Source: an uncultured Dehalococcoidia bacterium
GTDB lineage: Bacteria > Chloroflexota > Dehalococcoidia > Lucifugimonadales > UBA1127
DNA: 64,000 bases
NCBI GenBank assembly: GCA_951812285.1
Contig: OX638292.1
Location: 971,008 to 1,035,007 of the forward strand
Direction: 5' to 3'
Part shown: piece by piece, positions 1 through 9,839 of the stretch
Numbering within the stretch: position 1 is the stretch's first letter
Layout of the letters: each line of letters opens with the position of its first letter
Program-made: the position numbers and the translations under genes
The notes under the pieces: generated by a model
Seen by the model: only the letters and a program-made list of their open reading frames with translations
Told to the model about the DNA's origin: nothing
Database searches by the model: none

Positions 1-2
1 GC

Positions 3-224
3 GGGGGCCTTGCGTGGCTCACTGACAGGGAGCGTCTGCTGACGGTGGAGCTGGCGCTGCTGGAGGAGCACGGGATGACGCTTCCCCCGGAGAAGCAGCC
101 GTTGCGGGGCCTCGACCGGAGCGGTCAGATCACCTGGCGCAGGTCCGCTCTCTCCGACACGCGGAGGGAGCGGGAGAGGGCCGAGCTTCTGAACAGGGTT
201 ACGTTCGGTCTCTGGCGAAAGTAA
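3..224 (+). CDS. 3' end (73 codons) of an ORF entering from the left edge; function unknown
   Basis: Frame 3 is open from the window edge to TAA at 222-224 (...LLTVELALLEEHGMTLPPEK...RVTFGLWRK*). It is truncated, so it is absent from the ORF track. No motif recognised. Confidence 0.3.
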   Translation, partial: GGLAWLTDRERLLTVELALLEEHGMTLPPEKQPLRGLDRSGQITWRRSALSDTRRERERAELLNRVTFGLWRK

Positions 225-260
225 GCGGCGCAAACGAGCGCAGGGGTTCGAGTGAACTTT

Positions 261-642
261 AGTTGAAGTTTTTCGTAACCAGACTGAACGATTTGGGCGG
301 TTGGGGCGCAAAAGTCTTCACACCGGGTTTCCTGCGCGGTAATAATGGATGCGTTGTCTGGCTTTCTCCAAGGTTTCCTGCCCTAGAAACCTGGGTGCGT
401 GATCCCTGTTGCACGGGTTTTGCCCAAGAGGGAATGCTGGCACTGCGGAGTTTGACGTTGGTCCTTCGCAACCAGCTCGGGCCGAATCGACGGAGTTGAC
501 CCCGGTCCTTCGTCCTCGGTCCTGTCCGGCGGTTGAAGTTTGACGTTGGTCCTTCACCCGCAGGGCATCTGTCCGGCGCGTTGGAGTTGATCGCTTCATC
601 CGTCGGGCGCTCGTTCGGTGGTTGAGGTTGATCGCTTCATCC
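261..642. repeat. Iteron-like array of ~20-25 bp direct repeats in an ORF-poor region
   Basis: Related repeats: GGAGTTTGACGTTGGTCCTTCGC (447-469), GGAGTTGACCCCGGTCCTTCG (492-512), TTGAAGTTTGACGTTGGTCCTTCAC (533-557), TGGAGTTGATCGCTTCATCC (582-601), TGAGGTTGATCGCTTCATCC (623-642). A degenerate copy, AGTTGAAGTTTTTCGTAACC, lies at 261-280 in a locally AT-richer patch. Spacing is about 41-49 bp. Confidence 0.6.
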
Positions 643-900
643 TCTGGACGCCTGGACGGAACGCCTGTTGCGTTCTGTCCTCGCCATGCTGGTCGGAGTG
701 CGTCCTGCGCCCCGACTGGCTCGACATGTCTGCGGCATGGCTGACATACAGCTTGGCCGCAGCTTCGACACGCGCCGGTCTGCGGTTGAGATGCAGGCTG
801 GCCGCTTCACGTCTCGCAGCTTTCCCCAGTTGACCTTGTTCACCCTGGGCGAGCTGCGTCTTCGGCACGGCACGAGATTCAAGCAAGGAGGTATGACGGC

Positions 901-1386
901 ATGGACGAAACACGGACACGGACGGAACGGTACACGGGACCCAGCGCAAGGCGGATCGCCGACCTGCTGCCGCACCGGGTGAGCTTCGAGCGGGGTTGGT
1001 TCTGGACGGCGACCTTCTGTCACGGAGGGCAGTCGGACGGGCTGGCGTTCAGGCAGAGGCCCGATGGCAACGGCATCGACGTGCGGTGCCACACGGGGGG
1101 CTGCTCGGCCGGCGTGGTGATAACCGAGCTGGAGGCGCTCATCGGTCTGGACATCTGGACGGCCTACGAGCCCGTCTCCGACGCGGCGGTCAAGGCCCCT
1201 GAGAAGCGGCCCTGGTGGAAGCGACCGAAGGTCATAGGGGCCGGGGTCATAGCCCTGGTCGTGGCGGCGCCGCTGCTGACGTTCGACCTGGAGGTCTTCT
1301 TCCTGAACCTGTTCGGGCTGGGCGTCCTGGCGCTGCTGCTCAGGCGGTTCATGCCCCGGCGTCCGGTGAGGAGGTTCCGCCGCTGA
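901..1386 (+). CDS. Hypothetical zinc-ribbon-like protein with C-terminal transmembrane segments
   Basis: Cys/His cluster FCHGGQSDGLAFRQ...DVRCHTGGC resembles primase-type zinc ribbons. Hydrophobic C-terminus VIGAGVIALVVAAPLL...LFGLGVLALLL. AAGGAGG lies upstream of the ATG. Confidence 0.45.
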   Translation: MDETRTRTERYTGPSARRIADLLPHRVSFERGWFWTATFCHGGQSDGLAFRQRPDGNGIDVRCHTGGCSAGVVITELEALIGLDIWTAYEPVSDAAVKAPEKRPWWKRPKVIGAGVIALVVAAPLLTFDLEVFFLNLFGLGVLALLLRRFMPRRPVRRFRR

Positions 1387-1512
1387 CGGCATCGGGCCGC
1401 TCACAACTCAATCCAATCACAGGGGTCGTCTCCATCCGGGGACGGCCCTTCTTCTTTGCCCGCAAGCGGGCGCAATCGGCAAGGCAACAAAGCAAAGGCA
1501 CTTAGGAGGTGC

Positions 1513-1989
1513 ATGATGACGACGGCGACACTGGCAGCTGGCAATCGGACGATGGACACGGTGGACAGGCCCAGGCGCAGCCTGGAGGAGCTGGTCGACC
1601 AGCTCCTCGCCGCGATGGGGCTCAGGGACGAGACGGAGACGACGACGGCGGAGCCGACCGCGACGCGAAGCATTCACGAGGCGCGCAGGCTCAGGCAGAC
1701 GGGGGACGTGGACTCGGCGCTGGCGGTGCTGGGCGGCGTGGACGTGGCGCAGGCCACGCAGAGAGAGGTCCGGTGGGCCTTCTCCGAGTGGAAGGGACTG
1801 GTGAAGCGTCGGTTCGGAGACCGGGCCTCGGCGCTCTACACCCAGGGCGCGGGGCGGGCCGCCGCGCTGGCGCCCCTCGGCAACGGGACACTGGAGGTGG
1901 TCGCGACGCTGGGGATGCGCTGGCGGCCCGGCAAGCTGGTCTCGGAGCGCAGCCTCCGGGGGCTGCGGCCCCTGGCCGGAGGCTCGTGA
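1513..1989 (+). CDS. Hypothetical protein
   Basis: AGGAGGTG precedes ATG 1513. Its stop overlaps the primase start (ATGA at 1987-1991). No motif recognised. Confidence 0.4.
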   Translation: MMTTATLAAGNRTMDTVDRPRRSLEELVDQLLAAMGLRDETETTTAEPTATRSIHEARRLRQTGDVDSALAVLGGVDVAQATQREVRWAFSEWKGLVKRRFGDRASALYTQGAGRAAALAPLGNGTLEVVATLGMRWRPGKLVSERSLRGLRPLAGGS

Positions 1990-3035
1990 TGGTCACGGCA
2001 AGCGTGGACATCCCCGCGCTGAAGGCCCGCCACGACCTGGGCGACACGGTGGCGGCGGCGGGCGTCCGTCTCAGGGGACGGGGCAGGGTCCGCCAGGGCG
2101 TCTGCCCATTCCACGATGAGTCGGAGGGCTCCTTCACGGTGTACTCCGACTCGGAGCGATGGTACTGCTTCGGCTGCGGCGAGGGCGGCGACGTGCTGGA
2201 CTTCATCCGGCGGTCGGAGAACCTGAGCCTGCCGGAGGCCATCGCGCGGCTGGACGGCAGCCCAGGGCTTGCGCCCAGGGCCGTTCATCGTCCAGCCCGA
2301 ACGCGGCGTCCTGCGTCCGCCGCGCTTGCTCCCCGCGACCCCGCCCTGCTGACGGCGGCGGCGCGCTTCTACGCCGGTTGCCTCCGGCGTTCGACAGAAG
2401 CGCGGGAGTACCTGGCCTCCCGGGGCGTCGGCCCCGTCGCCGCAGACCGCCTCACTCTCGGCTACTCGCCGGGGGGCGGTCTGCGGCAGGCCCTGGAGTC
2501 CTGCGGATTCTCCGAGAAGCGCATCCGGGACTCGGCGCTGTTCATGGAGCGTGGATCGGAGCGGTTCGCCGGCATGATCGTCGTCCCCGACGTCACCGGC
2601 GGCCTCGTCCGCTGGCTGAAGGGCCGGGCCCTGGACTCCGGCGCAAAGCCGCGGTTCCAGGCCCTTCCCGGCCCCAAGCCGGTGCTCGGACTCGGCAGGC
2701 TCGGCCCCGCTCCCCAGTGGGTCGTCGTGGCCGAGGGGGTCTTCGACTGGCTCCTCCTCACCGGATGGGGCCTCCCCTCCTGCGCTGCCCTGGGCACCCA
2801 GGGCGTGGAGCGGCTCGCCTCGGCCCTGCGGGGCTGCCCCCGCGTCTTCCTCGCCTTCGACAACGACGACGCGGGCCGCGAGGCGACGGACGGGCTTCTG
2901 ACCCTGCTCGGACGCAGGGCCGCCGCCGTCGCCCTTCCCGAAGACATCGGCGACGTTGCCGAGCTTGCGGCCCTTCCCCAGGGACGCACCCTCTTCCTCC
3001 GCCTGCTCTCGCAGGCCGCCCGCTCCGCCCGCTAG
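1989..3035 (+). CDS. DNA primase (CHC2 zinc finger plus Toprim)
   Basis: CPFHDESEGSFTVYSDSERWYCFGCGEGGDVLDFI is a CHC2 finger. VVVAEGVFDW...FLAFDNDDAGREA is Toprim-like. The internal ATG was chosen because it overlaps the upstream stop. Confidence 0.8.
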   Translation: MVTASVDIPALKARHDLGDTVAAAGVRLRGRGRVRQGVCPFHDESEGSFTVYSDSERWYCFGCGEGGDVLDFIRRSENLSLPEAIARLDGSPGLAPRAVHRPARTRRPASAALAPRDPALLTAAARFYAGCLRRSTEAREYLASRGVGPVAADRLTLGYSPGGGLRQALESCGFSEKRIRDSALFMERGSERFAGMIVVPDVTGGLVRWLKGRALDSGAKPRFQALPGPKPVLGLGRLGPAPQWVVVAEGVFDWLLLTGWGLPSCAALGTQGVERLASALRGCPRVFLAFDNDDAGREATDGLLTLLGRRAAAVALPEDIGDVAELAALPQGRTLFLRLLSQAARSAR

Positions 3036-3235
3036 CGGCTCTCCGCCGCTTCCCTGCGGGCTTCCCCTCTTCCCTCTAACGGAGCCTGTCCGCTCCGCTT
3101 TCCCCATCCCCAATCCCACTGCCCAGGAGGTCCTATGCCCAATTCACGACGGGCTTCGCCCGCCCACGGATTCCCGTAGGGGGAACCCGCCCATCGGTCA
3201 TTCGCTACAGGAACAACAAGGAAGGAGACACGAAC

Positions 3236-4159
3236 ATGGTCAACAGGAACGGAAGCAACAACGGCCTCCACAAGGAAACCGCCATAGCCACGGTGAACGG
3301 CAACGGCCACAGGCCCGAGGTCGCCATACCCGTCGAGCACGACCCCGCATCGAGTGCGGGGCAGACCCTGTACTGGGACGGGCTCTCGCCCGCCGTCACG
3401 GAGATCCTCGGACAGCCCCTCGACTCATCGCTGGTCTCACAGCGCAAGGGGCGGGGCGGCAAGTCCTTCGACTACCTCGAAGGCCACGCCGTCATCGACC
3501 AGGCCAACCGCATCTTCGGCTACGGCGGATGGGGCTACGAGCTGGCCGGCGACGTGACGCTGCGCCGGATCGAGACCGTCGACCCCCAGACCGGCGAGGT
3601 GAAGGTGGAACAGGGCTACAGCGCGCCGGTGCGGGTCACCGTGACGGGCGCGCTGCCCCGCACCGACGTTGGGGTGCACCCCGTGGTCGAGGACAACCTG
3701 GACGGCCACGACACGGCCATCAAGGGAGCGGTGACGGACGGCATGAAGCGGGCGTTCCGCAGCTTCGGCGTCCAGTTCGGCAACGGCTTCTACGGCGACC
3801 AGGCCCCGGCCAACGGCTCGGCTCAGCCGCAGCGCGTCCCCGCCAGGGCGAATGCCGGCGGCAGGTCCCGTGCTCAGGCCAACGGCGACTCCGGGAAGGC
3901 CCAGTCCAATGGCAGCGGCAAGCCTGCCCAGGCGCAGCCCAAGGGCGGCAACGACTCCCAGGCCGAGAAGCTGCGCAAGCGGCTCTTCGAGATCGCCTCG
4001 GAGCAGGGCATCGCGGACGACAAGGTGCGGGAGGCCGTGACGGAACGCACCGGCAAGAGCATCGACGACCTCACGGCCGCCGAGCTCGGGCCGCTGGTGG
4101 AGGCCGCCGCCAACAAGCTCCGGCAGATGAAGCAGGAGCAGGCGCAACAGGCCGCCTAG
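3236..4159 (+). CDS. Rad52/Rad22-family single-strand annealing protein
   Basis: DYLEGHAVIDQANRIFGYGGWGYEL and KGAVTDGMKRAFRSFGVQFGNGFYG match the conserved Rad52-type core. The tail is low-complexity. Confidence 0.7.
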   Translation: MVNRNGSNNGLHKETAIATVNGNGHRPEVAIPVEHDPASSAGQTLYWDGLSPAVTEILGQPLDSSLVSQRKGRGGKSFDYLEGHAVIDQANRIFGYGGWGYELAGDVTLRRIETVDPQTGEVKVEQGYSAPVRVTVTGALPRTDVGVHPVVEDNLDGHDTAIKGAVTDGMKRAFRSFGVQFGNGFYGDQAPANGSAQPQRVPARANAGGRSRAQANGDSGKAQSNGSGKPAQAQPKGGNDSQAEKLRKRLFEIASEQGIADDKVREAVTERTGKSIDDLTAAELGPLVEAAANKLRQMKQEQAQQAA

Positions 4160-4250
4160 TTCGACCGGACAACCGGCACAACGGAGCGGGGCCGTCTCCC
4201 TTGGGGGGGCCGCCCCGCTCCTTCACTACAGGAAAGGGAGGACAGGACCG

Positions 4251-4754
4251 ATGACGACCATGACCGCAACCTACACACCCTGGGGCTGGACGCGCGACGT
4301 TGAAGAGCTGGCGGAGGGCATTCTGAGGGTCACGACGCCCTCGCACGGCGGGCTGAAGCTCAGCCGGGAGCGGTGGGACGAGCTGCCCGCCGCCGTCCGC
4401 GACACGATGCTCACCCCCGCCTTCGCCGAGGAGGACTGCGAGGAACCCATCGTGCGGCTGCTCCTGGGCGTCGGCGACGACCGCGACCGGGAGATGGCCC
4501 TCATCATGGCGGACTACTTCGACCGCTACGCCCCCGCGCTGCCCTTCATTCGCCGCCACCCGCCTGGCCTCCACTACCACGTCCTCTTCTATTGGGAAGG
4601 GTACGGGTCGGACCCCTTCCAGCGGTTCGACACCCGCGTCGAGGCAGAGTCATTCGTGGGCGACCAAGAGATGGTGCGGAGGTACGGAAGGATGGAGGCC
4701 ATCGACTGCACAGGGACGCGCCCGCTCTGCCTGCCGGAAGGGGGAAGGTCGTGA
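4251..4754 (+). CDS. Hypothetical protein (conserved mobile-element protein style)
   Basis: Good RBS (AAGGGAGG) and protein-like composition. Stop overlaps the next start (GTGA). Confidence 0.5.
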   Translation: MTTMTATYTPWGWTRDVEELAEGILRVTTPSHGGLKLSRERWDELPAAVRDTMLTPAFAEEDCEEPIVRLLLGVGDDRDREMALIMADYFDRYAPALPFIRRHPPGLHYHVLFYWEGYGSDPFQRFDTRVEAESFVGDQEMVRRYGRMEAIDCTGTRPLCLPEGGRS

Positions 4755-5155
4755 CCGCCGGGACGCGGCCCAGGCCGCGCAGCCTTCCCAGCACCACGAC
4801 CAAGCTCCAGACGGAGTTCGGCAACCTGTACGTCACCGTCTCGACGGACGAGGACGGCCAGCCCTTCGAGGTGTTCGGCTGGCTCGGCAAGGGCGGCAGC
4901 TTCCAGCACGGCGTGACCGAGCTGGCCTGCCGTCTCATCTCCCTGCACCTGCGCAGGGGCACGCCGGTCGAGGAAATCATCGACCAGTGCCAGGGCATCC
5001 AGGAGATGCAGCCATTCTGGAACACGTTGGGCGACGGGCGCAGCGTTCCCGTCCTGGGGCTTGGCGACGGCATCGCCCACATCCTCAAGGCCCACCTGAA
5101 GGCGAAGGAGGAGCGGGAGGCGGAGCAGGAAACGGACATCAGGGCCGCCGCATGA
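4751..5155 (+). CDS. TSCPD-domain-like protein (domain found at the C-terminus of class II ribonucleotide reductases)
   Basis: FGNLYVTVSTDEDGQPFEVFGWLGKGGSFQHGVTELACRLISLHLRRGTPVEEIIDQCQGI resembles the TSCPD signature. GTG start overlaps the upstream stop. Confidence 0.55.
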   Translation: MTAGTRPRPRSLPSTTTKLQTEFGNLYVTVSTDEDGQPFEVFGWLGKGGSFQHGVTELACRLISLHLRRGTPVEEIIDQCQGIQEMQPFWNTLGDGRSVPVLGLGDGIAHILKAHLKAKEEREAEQETDIRAAA

Positions 5156-5240
5156 ACGGCCCACGCAACGGCATCGAAAGGGGCTGTCTCCTCCGGGGGG
5201 CGGTCCCTTCTCTCATCTACAGGACTCAGGAGGTGACGAC

Positions 5241-6347
5241 ATGACGACAGAGACGATTGACAGGGCGGAGGTCTTCTCCCGCCCTTCTGCACAGTTCGAC
5301 GGAGACGGCAACATCGAGGTGCGGGCATCGGCGGCCCTGGGCTGCCGCCGCGCCCTCTGGTACGCCGCGACCGGCTACGAACCCACGAATCCCCCCAGCG
5401 ACGACTCGCTGACGGCGATGGAGGCGGGCAACGCCCTGGAGCCGGTGGTGGCGCGGGCGATGGAGCGGGCGGGCTGGAAGGTGGACGCCCCCGATCCCCA
5501 GGACCCGAAACAGGTGGCCGTGAGGGTCGGCCCGAACATGCTGGTCACGGGACACCCCGACGGCACAGTGCGGATGCCCCTGCCGGAGGGCGAGGCGGCC
5601 GCGCCGCAGGTGTTCCTCTTCGAGGGTGAGCCGGAAGCTCCCGCCTACGGCGACTCGATGGTCGTTGAGATCAAGACGCGGGGGCCGGAGGCGTTCAAGC
5701 GCTGGCGGACGCTGGGGGCGGAGCGCAGCCACCCCGGAGCGGTGGCCCAGGCCGCTCTCTACACCCTCGGCGAGTTCGGCGAGATACGGCCTGTGGTCAT
5801 CGCCACGATGGACACGGGCAGCCGCACCTGGGACTACGAGGTCATCCCCGCCGACCGGCTGGAGCGGGCCTTGCAGGACGCCTGCGGATGGCTCGGCGAG
5901 CTGGGCGCTCACCACGTCCAGAACGGGCCGGACCCCGACGCTCTGCCGGAGCGGGACTTCACCGCCAACTCCTGGCAGTGCCGGTCGTGCCCGTTCCTCG
6001 CCGTCTGCCTTCCGGGGGCGGCGGAGGACGACGGAACGGACGAGGGGGCGGAGACCGAAGGAAAGGAGGTGACGGACGAGGAGGCGCGGGACGCTGTGGC
6101 GGCCTACGCCGAGGCCCAGGACTCCATCAAGGAGCCTGAGAAGGCCAAGCGCACGGCGCTGGACACGCTGAAGGCGTGGATGCGCCGCCAGGGGGACTCC
6201 AAGGCGACGGTCGGAGACCGGACGGTCACCCTGGTCAGCTCAACCAGGTACTCGGTCAACCACCGCAGGCTCAACGAGGCGCTCGACCCTGAGACCAGGG
6301 CCGGGATCGTCACGGAGAACGAGTCGGAGTACGTCAGGGTCAGCTAG
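5241..6347 (+). CDS. PD-(D/E)XK nuclease, Cas4/RecB-like with a Cys cluster
   Basis: GHPDG...MVVEIKTRG (D...ExK), QAALY (QxxxY), an N-terminal Cys (LGCRRALW) and C-terminal WQCRSCPFLAVC. This is the classic nuclease partner for the adjacent annealase. Confidence 0.7.
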   Translation: MTTETIDRAEVFSRPSAQFDGDGNIEVRASAALGCRRALWYAATGYEPTNPPSDDSLTAMEAGNALEPVVARAMERAGWKVDAPDPQDPKQVAVRVGPNMLVTGHPDGTVRMPLPEGEAAAPQVFLFEGEPEAPAYGDSMVVEIKTRGPEAFKRWRTLGAERSHPGAVAQAALYTLGEFGEIRPVVIATMDTGSRTWDYEVIPADRLERALQDACGWLGELGAHHVQNGPDPDALPERDFTANSWQCRSCPFLAVCLPGAAEDDGTDEGAETEGKEVTDEEARDAVAAYAEAQDSIKEPEKAKRTALDTLKAWMRRQGDSKATVGDRTVTLVSSTRYSVNHRRLNEALDPETRAGIVTENESEYVRVS

Positions 6348-6461
6348 ACGCTCCCTAGTGGAGCGCAGGACGGGGCCGTTTTCCCTCTACCGGGAGCGGC
6401 CCCGCTTTCATTCAAGACGGGCGCGCAAGCACGCGCCACACCCACTAAGGAGGAAATCGAA

Positions 6462-6830
6462 ATGGCACGGACGATCAACAAGGTAACGCTTCTGGGCAGA
6501 GTGGGAACCGATCCCGAGATGCAGTACACCCCGGGAGGCACCGCACTCACCAAGCTGCGGCTGGCAACGGACCGCCACCGCTCCAACGGGGACACCGAGG
6601 CCGACTGGCACAACATCGTCTGCTGGGACAAGCAGGCCGAAGCCGTCAACAACTACGTCGGCAAGGGCGAGCGCGTCTACGTCGAGGGCCGCCTCGTCCA
6701 GAACTCGTGGGAGGGCGACGACGGCCAGCGCCGCCACCGCACCGAGGTCCACGCCTCCGAGGTCTTGTTCCTCGACGGCGGGAACGGCAACGGCGGTAGC
6801 GGGCAGGCGGACGACGACTCCCTCTTCTAG
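6462..6830 (+). CDS. ssb: Single-stranded DNA-binding protein
   Basis: OB-fold signature NKVTLLGRVGTDPE...WHNIVCW...GERVYVEGRL and acidic tip DDDSLF. Strong RBS. Confidence 0.85.
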   Translation: MARTINKVTLLGRVGTDPEMQYTPGGTALTKLRLATDRHRSNGDTEADWHNIVCWDKQAEAVNNYVGKGERVYVEGRLVQNSWEGDDGQRRHRTEVHASEVLFLDGGNGNGGSGQADDDSLF

Positions 6831-6945
6831 CCCGCCGATCAACGACTTCATAGCGACGCCTTCCCGAAGGCGCACCACGGGGCCGCTTCCAATCTACAGG
6901 GAGCGGCCCCGTTTCTGTTCTAACCGATAGATGAGGAGGCTGAAG

Positions 6946-7500
6946 ATGACTACCGCCACAGCACAACACGCCGACACCCCCTCGACAAGCTCCCAGCTTT
7001 CCCTCTTCCAGAGCGAGGGGCAGGCTCTACTCGACGCGCTGCGCAGCAACCTGCACCTGCTGGGCGAGATCGCCATGCGCTACGCCGTGGAGACCCAGCC
7101 GGAGCGCTCCGGTGACGACCTGCCCTCCATCGGCTGCCCCGAGGACGTGCGGCGTCTGCTAGGGCCGGAGATGGCCCCGCTGGCCCAGGAGCAGCTGCGG
7201 GTGCTGCTCCTGAACACCAAGAACGAGGTAGTCGGCCAGCGGGTCGTCTACCAGGGGAATGTGAACTCCTCGATGGTCCGGCCCGCCGAGGTGCTGCGAC
7301 CCGCCGTCATGGAGGCCGTTCCCAGCATCATCGTCTGCCACAACCACCCCTCCCAGGACCCCACGCCCAGCCCGGAGGACGCAGCCATCACCAGGGAGCT
7401 GGGGCAGGCGGGCAAGCTCCTGGGCGTCGAGCTGCTCGACCACGTGGTCATCGGTGGCAAGCGGTTCGTCAGCCTCAAGGATCGGGGCCTCCTCGGCTGA
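6946..7500 (+). CDS. radC: RadC-like JAB-domain protein
   Basis: HNHPSQDPTPSPEDAAITREL motif. GAGGAGG lies 6 nt upstream of ATG 6946. Confidence 0.85.
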   Translation: MTTATAQHADTPSTSSQLSLFQSEGQALLDALRSNLHLLGEIAMRYAVETQPERSGDDLPSIGCPEDVRRLLGPEMAPLAQEQLRVLLLNTKNEVVGQRVVYQGNVNSSMVRPAEVLRPAVMEAVPSIIVCHNHPSQDPTPSPEDAAITRELGQAGKLLGVELLDHVVIGGKRFVSLKDRGLLG

Positions 7501-7597
7501 CCGGCCACGTCCCGACGGCCTTGGCCGTCCGGCGTCTCACGCGGGGGCATCGCACCCCGCGCACCGAATCAACCCACACAGCGAAAGGAGACTCGCT

Positions 7598-8242
7598 ATG
7601 CTCGCGACCCACACCATAGACACCGAGGACCTGTTCACCATCTCAGCGGGCGGGTTCTCGGCAACCGCCGACGCCTTCGCCCGCGACGACCGCACGGACG
7701 GCCTCTGGTTCGTCTCGATGGTCGGCTCCCAGACGGCGCTCAAGGCGATCTGGGCGTCGCTGCTCAAGCAGCCGCCGGACGTTGCCCACATCATCAAAGG
7801 GGCGGACGGCATGGCGCTCAGCGGCGGCTACCAGCGGTGCGTCATCCCCTACGAGACCATCGGAACGTGGACGACCAAGATCGCCCGCCTGCCATCAACC
7901 GGAGGCTGGCACGCCCTCGTCTACACCAAGACGGCGGAGTTCGGCTACGAGAAGGACTCCTTCCTCCTGCTCGCCCAGAGCCAAGAGGAGGCCCCGGCGC
8001 TCCACCACCGCTTCCTCGACAAGCGCAGCCCGCTGCCGCTCCACGGCTCCTGGGCGGGATGGCTCTGGGCGCGGGGCATCGAGGAGGAGGAGATAGTTCC
8101 CCTACAGTCGGTCGGCATTTCCGCCTACCGGTGCTCCCCCAAGGCCCAGAAGCTCCGCGAAGACCTGTCCGCCGCCGTTGCGTCGGGCAGGCTCACGCTT
8201 CCCAGGGAGGAGACCGCGGCGGCGGGAGGCGCGACGCCATGA
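7598..8242 (+). CDS. Hypothetical protein
   Basis: AAAGGAG RBS before ATG 7598. Stop overlaps the next start (ATGA). No motif recognised. Confidence 0.45.
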   Translation: MLATHTIDTEDLFTISAGGFSATADAFARDDRTDGLWFVSMVGSQTALKAIWASLLKQPPDVAHIIKGADGMALSGGYQRCVIPYETIGTWTTKIARLPSTGGWHALVYTKTAEFGYEKDSFLLLAQSQEEAPALHHRFLDKRSPLPLHGSWAGWLWARGIEEEEIVPLQSVGISAYRCSPKAQKLREDLSAAVASGRLTLPREETAAAGGATP

Positions 8243-8748
8243 TCGACTACCTCTACGACGACGGCGGCCGGGCGCATGCCGGATACCGCGGCAAGACCGG
8301 GGACTGCGTCGTCCGCGCCATCGCCATCTGCGCCCGTAAAGAATACCGCGCCGTCTACGTGACGATGGCAGAGCACATGAAGCGCAACGGCTACGCCGCC
8401 AGCGGCAACGCCTACGCCACACGGGAGCGCAACCGCAAAGCGCCCCACCGCAGGGGCCAGCTCACCGCCAAGCGCGTCCAGGACAGCGTTCTCGAAGCCT
8501 ACGGTTTCCGGAAGGTCAGCCTGCCGGCGGGAGAGCGGCCCACGTTCACGGAGGCACACCACCGGTTCGGCGACTGCGTCGTCGGCACCACCAAGCACGT
8601 TGCGGCCATCGTGGACGGCGCCCTCCGGGACACATTCGACGGGCGCACCTACGAGTGGGAATTCGAGACGCGCGAGCGCAAGGCCCAGTCCGTCTGGGTG
8701 CGGTGCCGGTCGGCGGAAAAAGTAAGAAGGAAAGGAGAGACGACATGA
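8239..8748 (+). CDS. Hypothetical protein with a possible Cys/His pair
   Basis: GDCVVRAIAI ... TKHVAAIVDG. ATGA overlaps on both sides. Function not recognised. Confidence 0.45.
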   Translation: MIDYLYDDGGRAHAGYRGKTGDCVVRAIAICARKEYRAVYVTMAEHMKRNGYAASGNAYATRERNRKAPHRRGQLTAKRVQDSVLEAYGFRKVSLPAGERPTFTEAHHRFGDCVVGTTKHVAAIVDGALRDTFDGRTYEWEFETRERKAQSVWVRCRSAEKVRRKGETT

Positions 8749-9794
8749 GACTCGCTGCACAGGCGAAAGGGGGCTACTACCCGACTCCCGAGCGGGTGGT
8801 GGACCTGATCGCCGAACTGATTCACACCCCCTCCGGCTACTACAACCGGGGGCGGGAGACCATCCGCATCCTCGACCCCTGCTGCGGGGGTGGGGACGCG
8901 CTCCAGAGGCTGGCGGAGAACCTCGACCGGCCCAACTCGATGACCATCGAGACCTACGGCGTGGAGCTGCACCGGGACCGGGCGGAGGAGGCCGAGCAGC
9001 GGCTCACCCGCACCCTGGCCGCCGACCTGTTCGCCACTTCCATAGCGAACGGGGCTTTCGGCCTGCTGCTCCTCAACCCGCCCTACGACTACGACTCGGA
9101 GGACAAGCGCACCGAGCACGCCTTCCTGACCCAGACGACGCGCTATCTGGCCGAGAGCGGCCTGCTGGTATTCATCGTCCCCAGGCAACGCCTGGCGGTC
9201 TCGGCCCGCTACCTGTCCACCCACTACGGGCGGTTGCGATGCTGGGCCTTCCCCGACCCGGAGCGCGAGGTCTTCGACCAGGTGGTGCTCATGGGCTACC
9301 GGAAGACGGACCCCGTCCCAGACGCGGCCGCCGAGAGCATGGTCATCGAGTGGTCCATCGGACAGCCGGAGCCGTTGCGCTCCCGGCGCGACCCGTACTC
9401 CTACGGGGAGTACACCCCGGCTACGACGCCCAGCGGCGACGTGCTGTTCACCACCCGCACCGTCGATCCCGTCGCCGCGGCGACGGAGGCCAGGCGGTCG
9501 GGGCTGTGGACGAACACGGACATCACGGACACCCTCTGGCCCGCCGGGGACGCCCGCACCCGCCCGCTGATGCCCCTTCGCAGGGGACACATAGCGATGC
9601 TGGTGGCGGCGGGGTTCCTCAACAACCTGGTCCTCGAAGGCGACGGCAGACGCATCCTGGTCAAGGGGCGCACGTCGAAGGAGATGGAGCTGGTGGAGGA
9701 CAGCCCCGAGAAGGAGGTCCACCGCGAGAAGCTCAAGACCACGGTGGTGGCCCTCGACCTGGACGCCGGAGGGATCGAGGACATCGCCGCATAG
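8745..9794 (+). CDS. DNA amino-methyltransferase (NPPY type)
   Basis: ILDPCCGGGDAL (SAM motif I) and LLLNPPYDY (motif IV). Confidence 0.7.
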   Translation: MRLAAQAKGGYYPTPERVVDLIAELIHTPSGYYNRGRETIRILDPCCGGGDALQRLAENLDRPNSMTIETYGVELHRDRAEEAEQRLTRTLAADLFATSIANGAFGLLLLNPPYDYDSEDKRTEHAFLTQTTRYLAESGLLVFIVPRQRLAVSARYLSTHYGRLRCWAFPDPEREVFDQVVLMGYRKTDPVPDAAAESMVIEWSIGQPEPLRSRRDPYSYGEYTPATTPSGDVLFTTRTVDPVAAATEARRSGLWTNTDITDTLWPAGDARTRPLMPLRRGHIAMLVAAGFLNNLVLEGDGRRILVKGRTSKEMELVEDSPEKEVHREKLKTTVVALDLDAGGIEDIAA

Positions 9795-9839
9795 CACGGA
9801 CGCAATTCAACACATCCATATAAGGGAAGGAGAAGGAAC

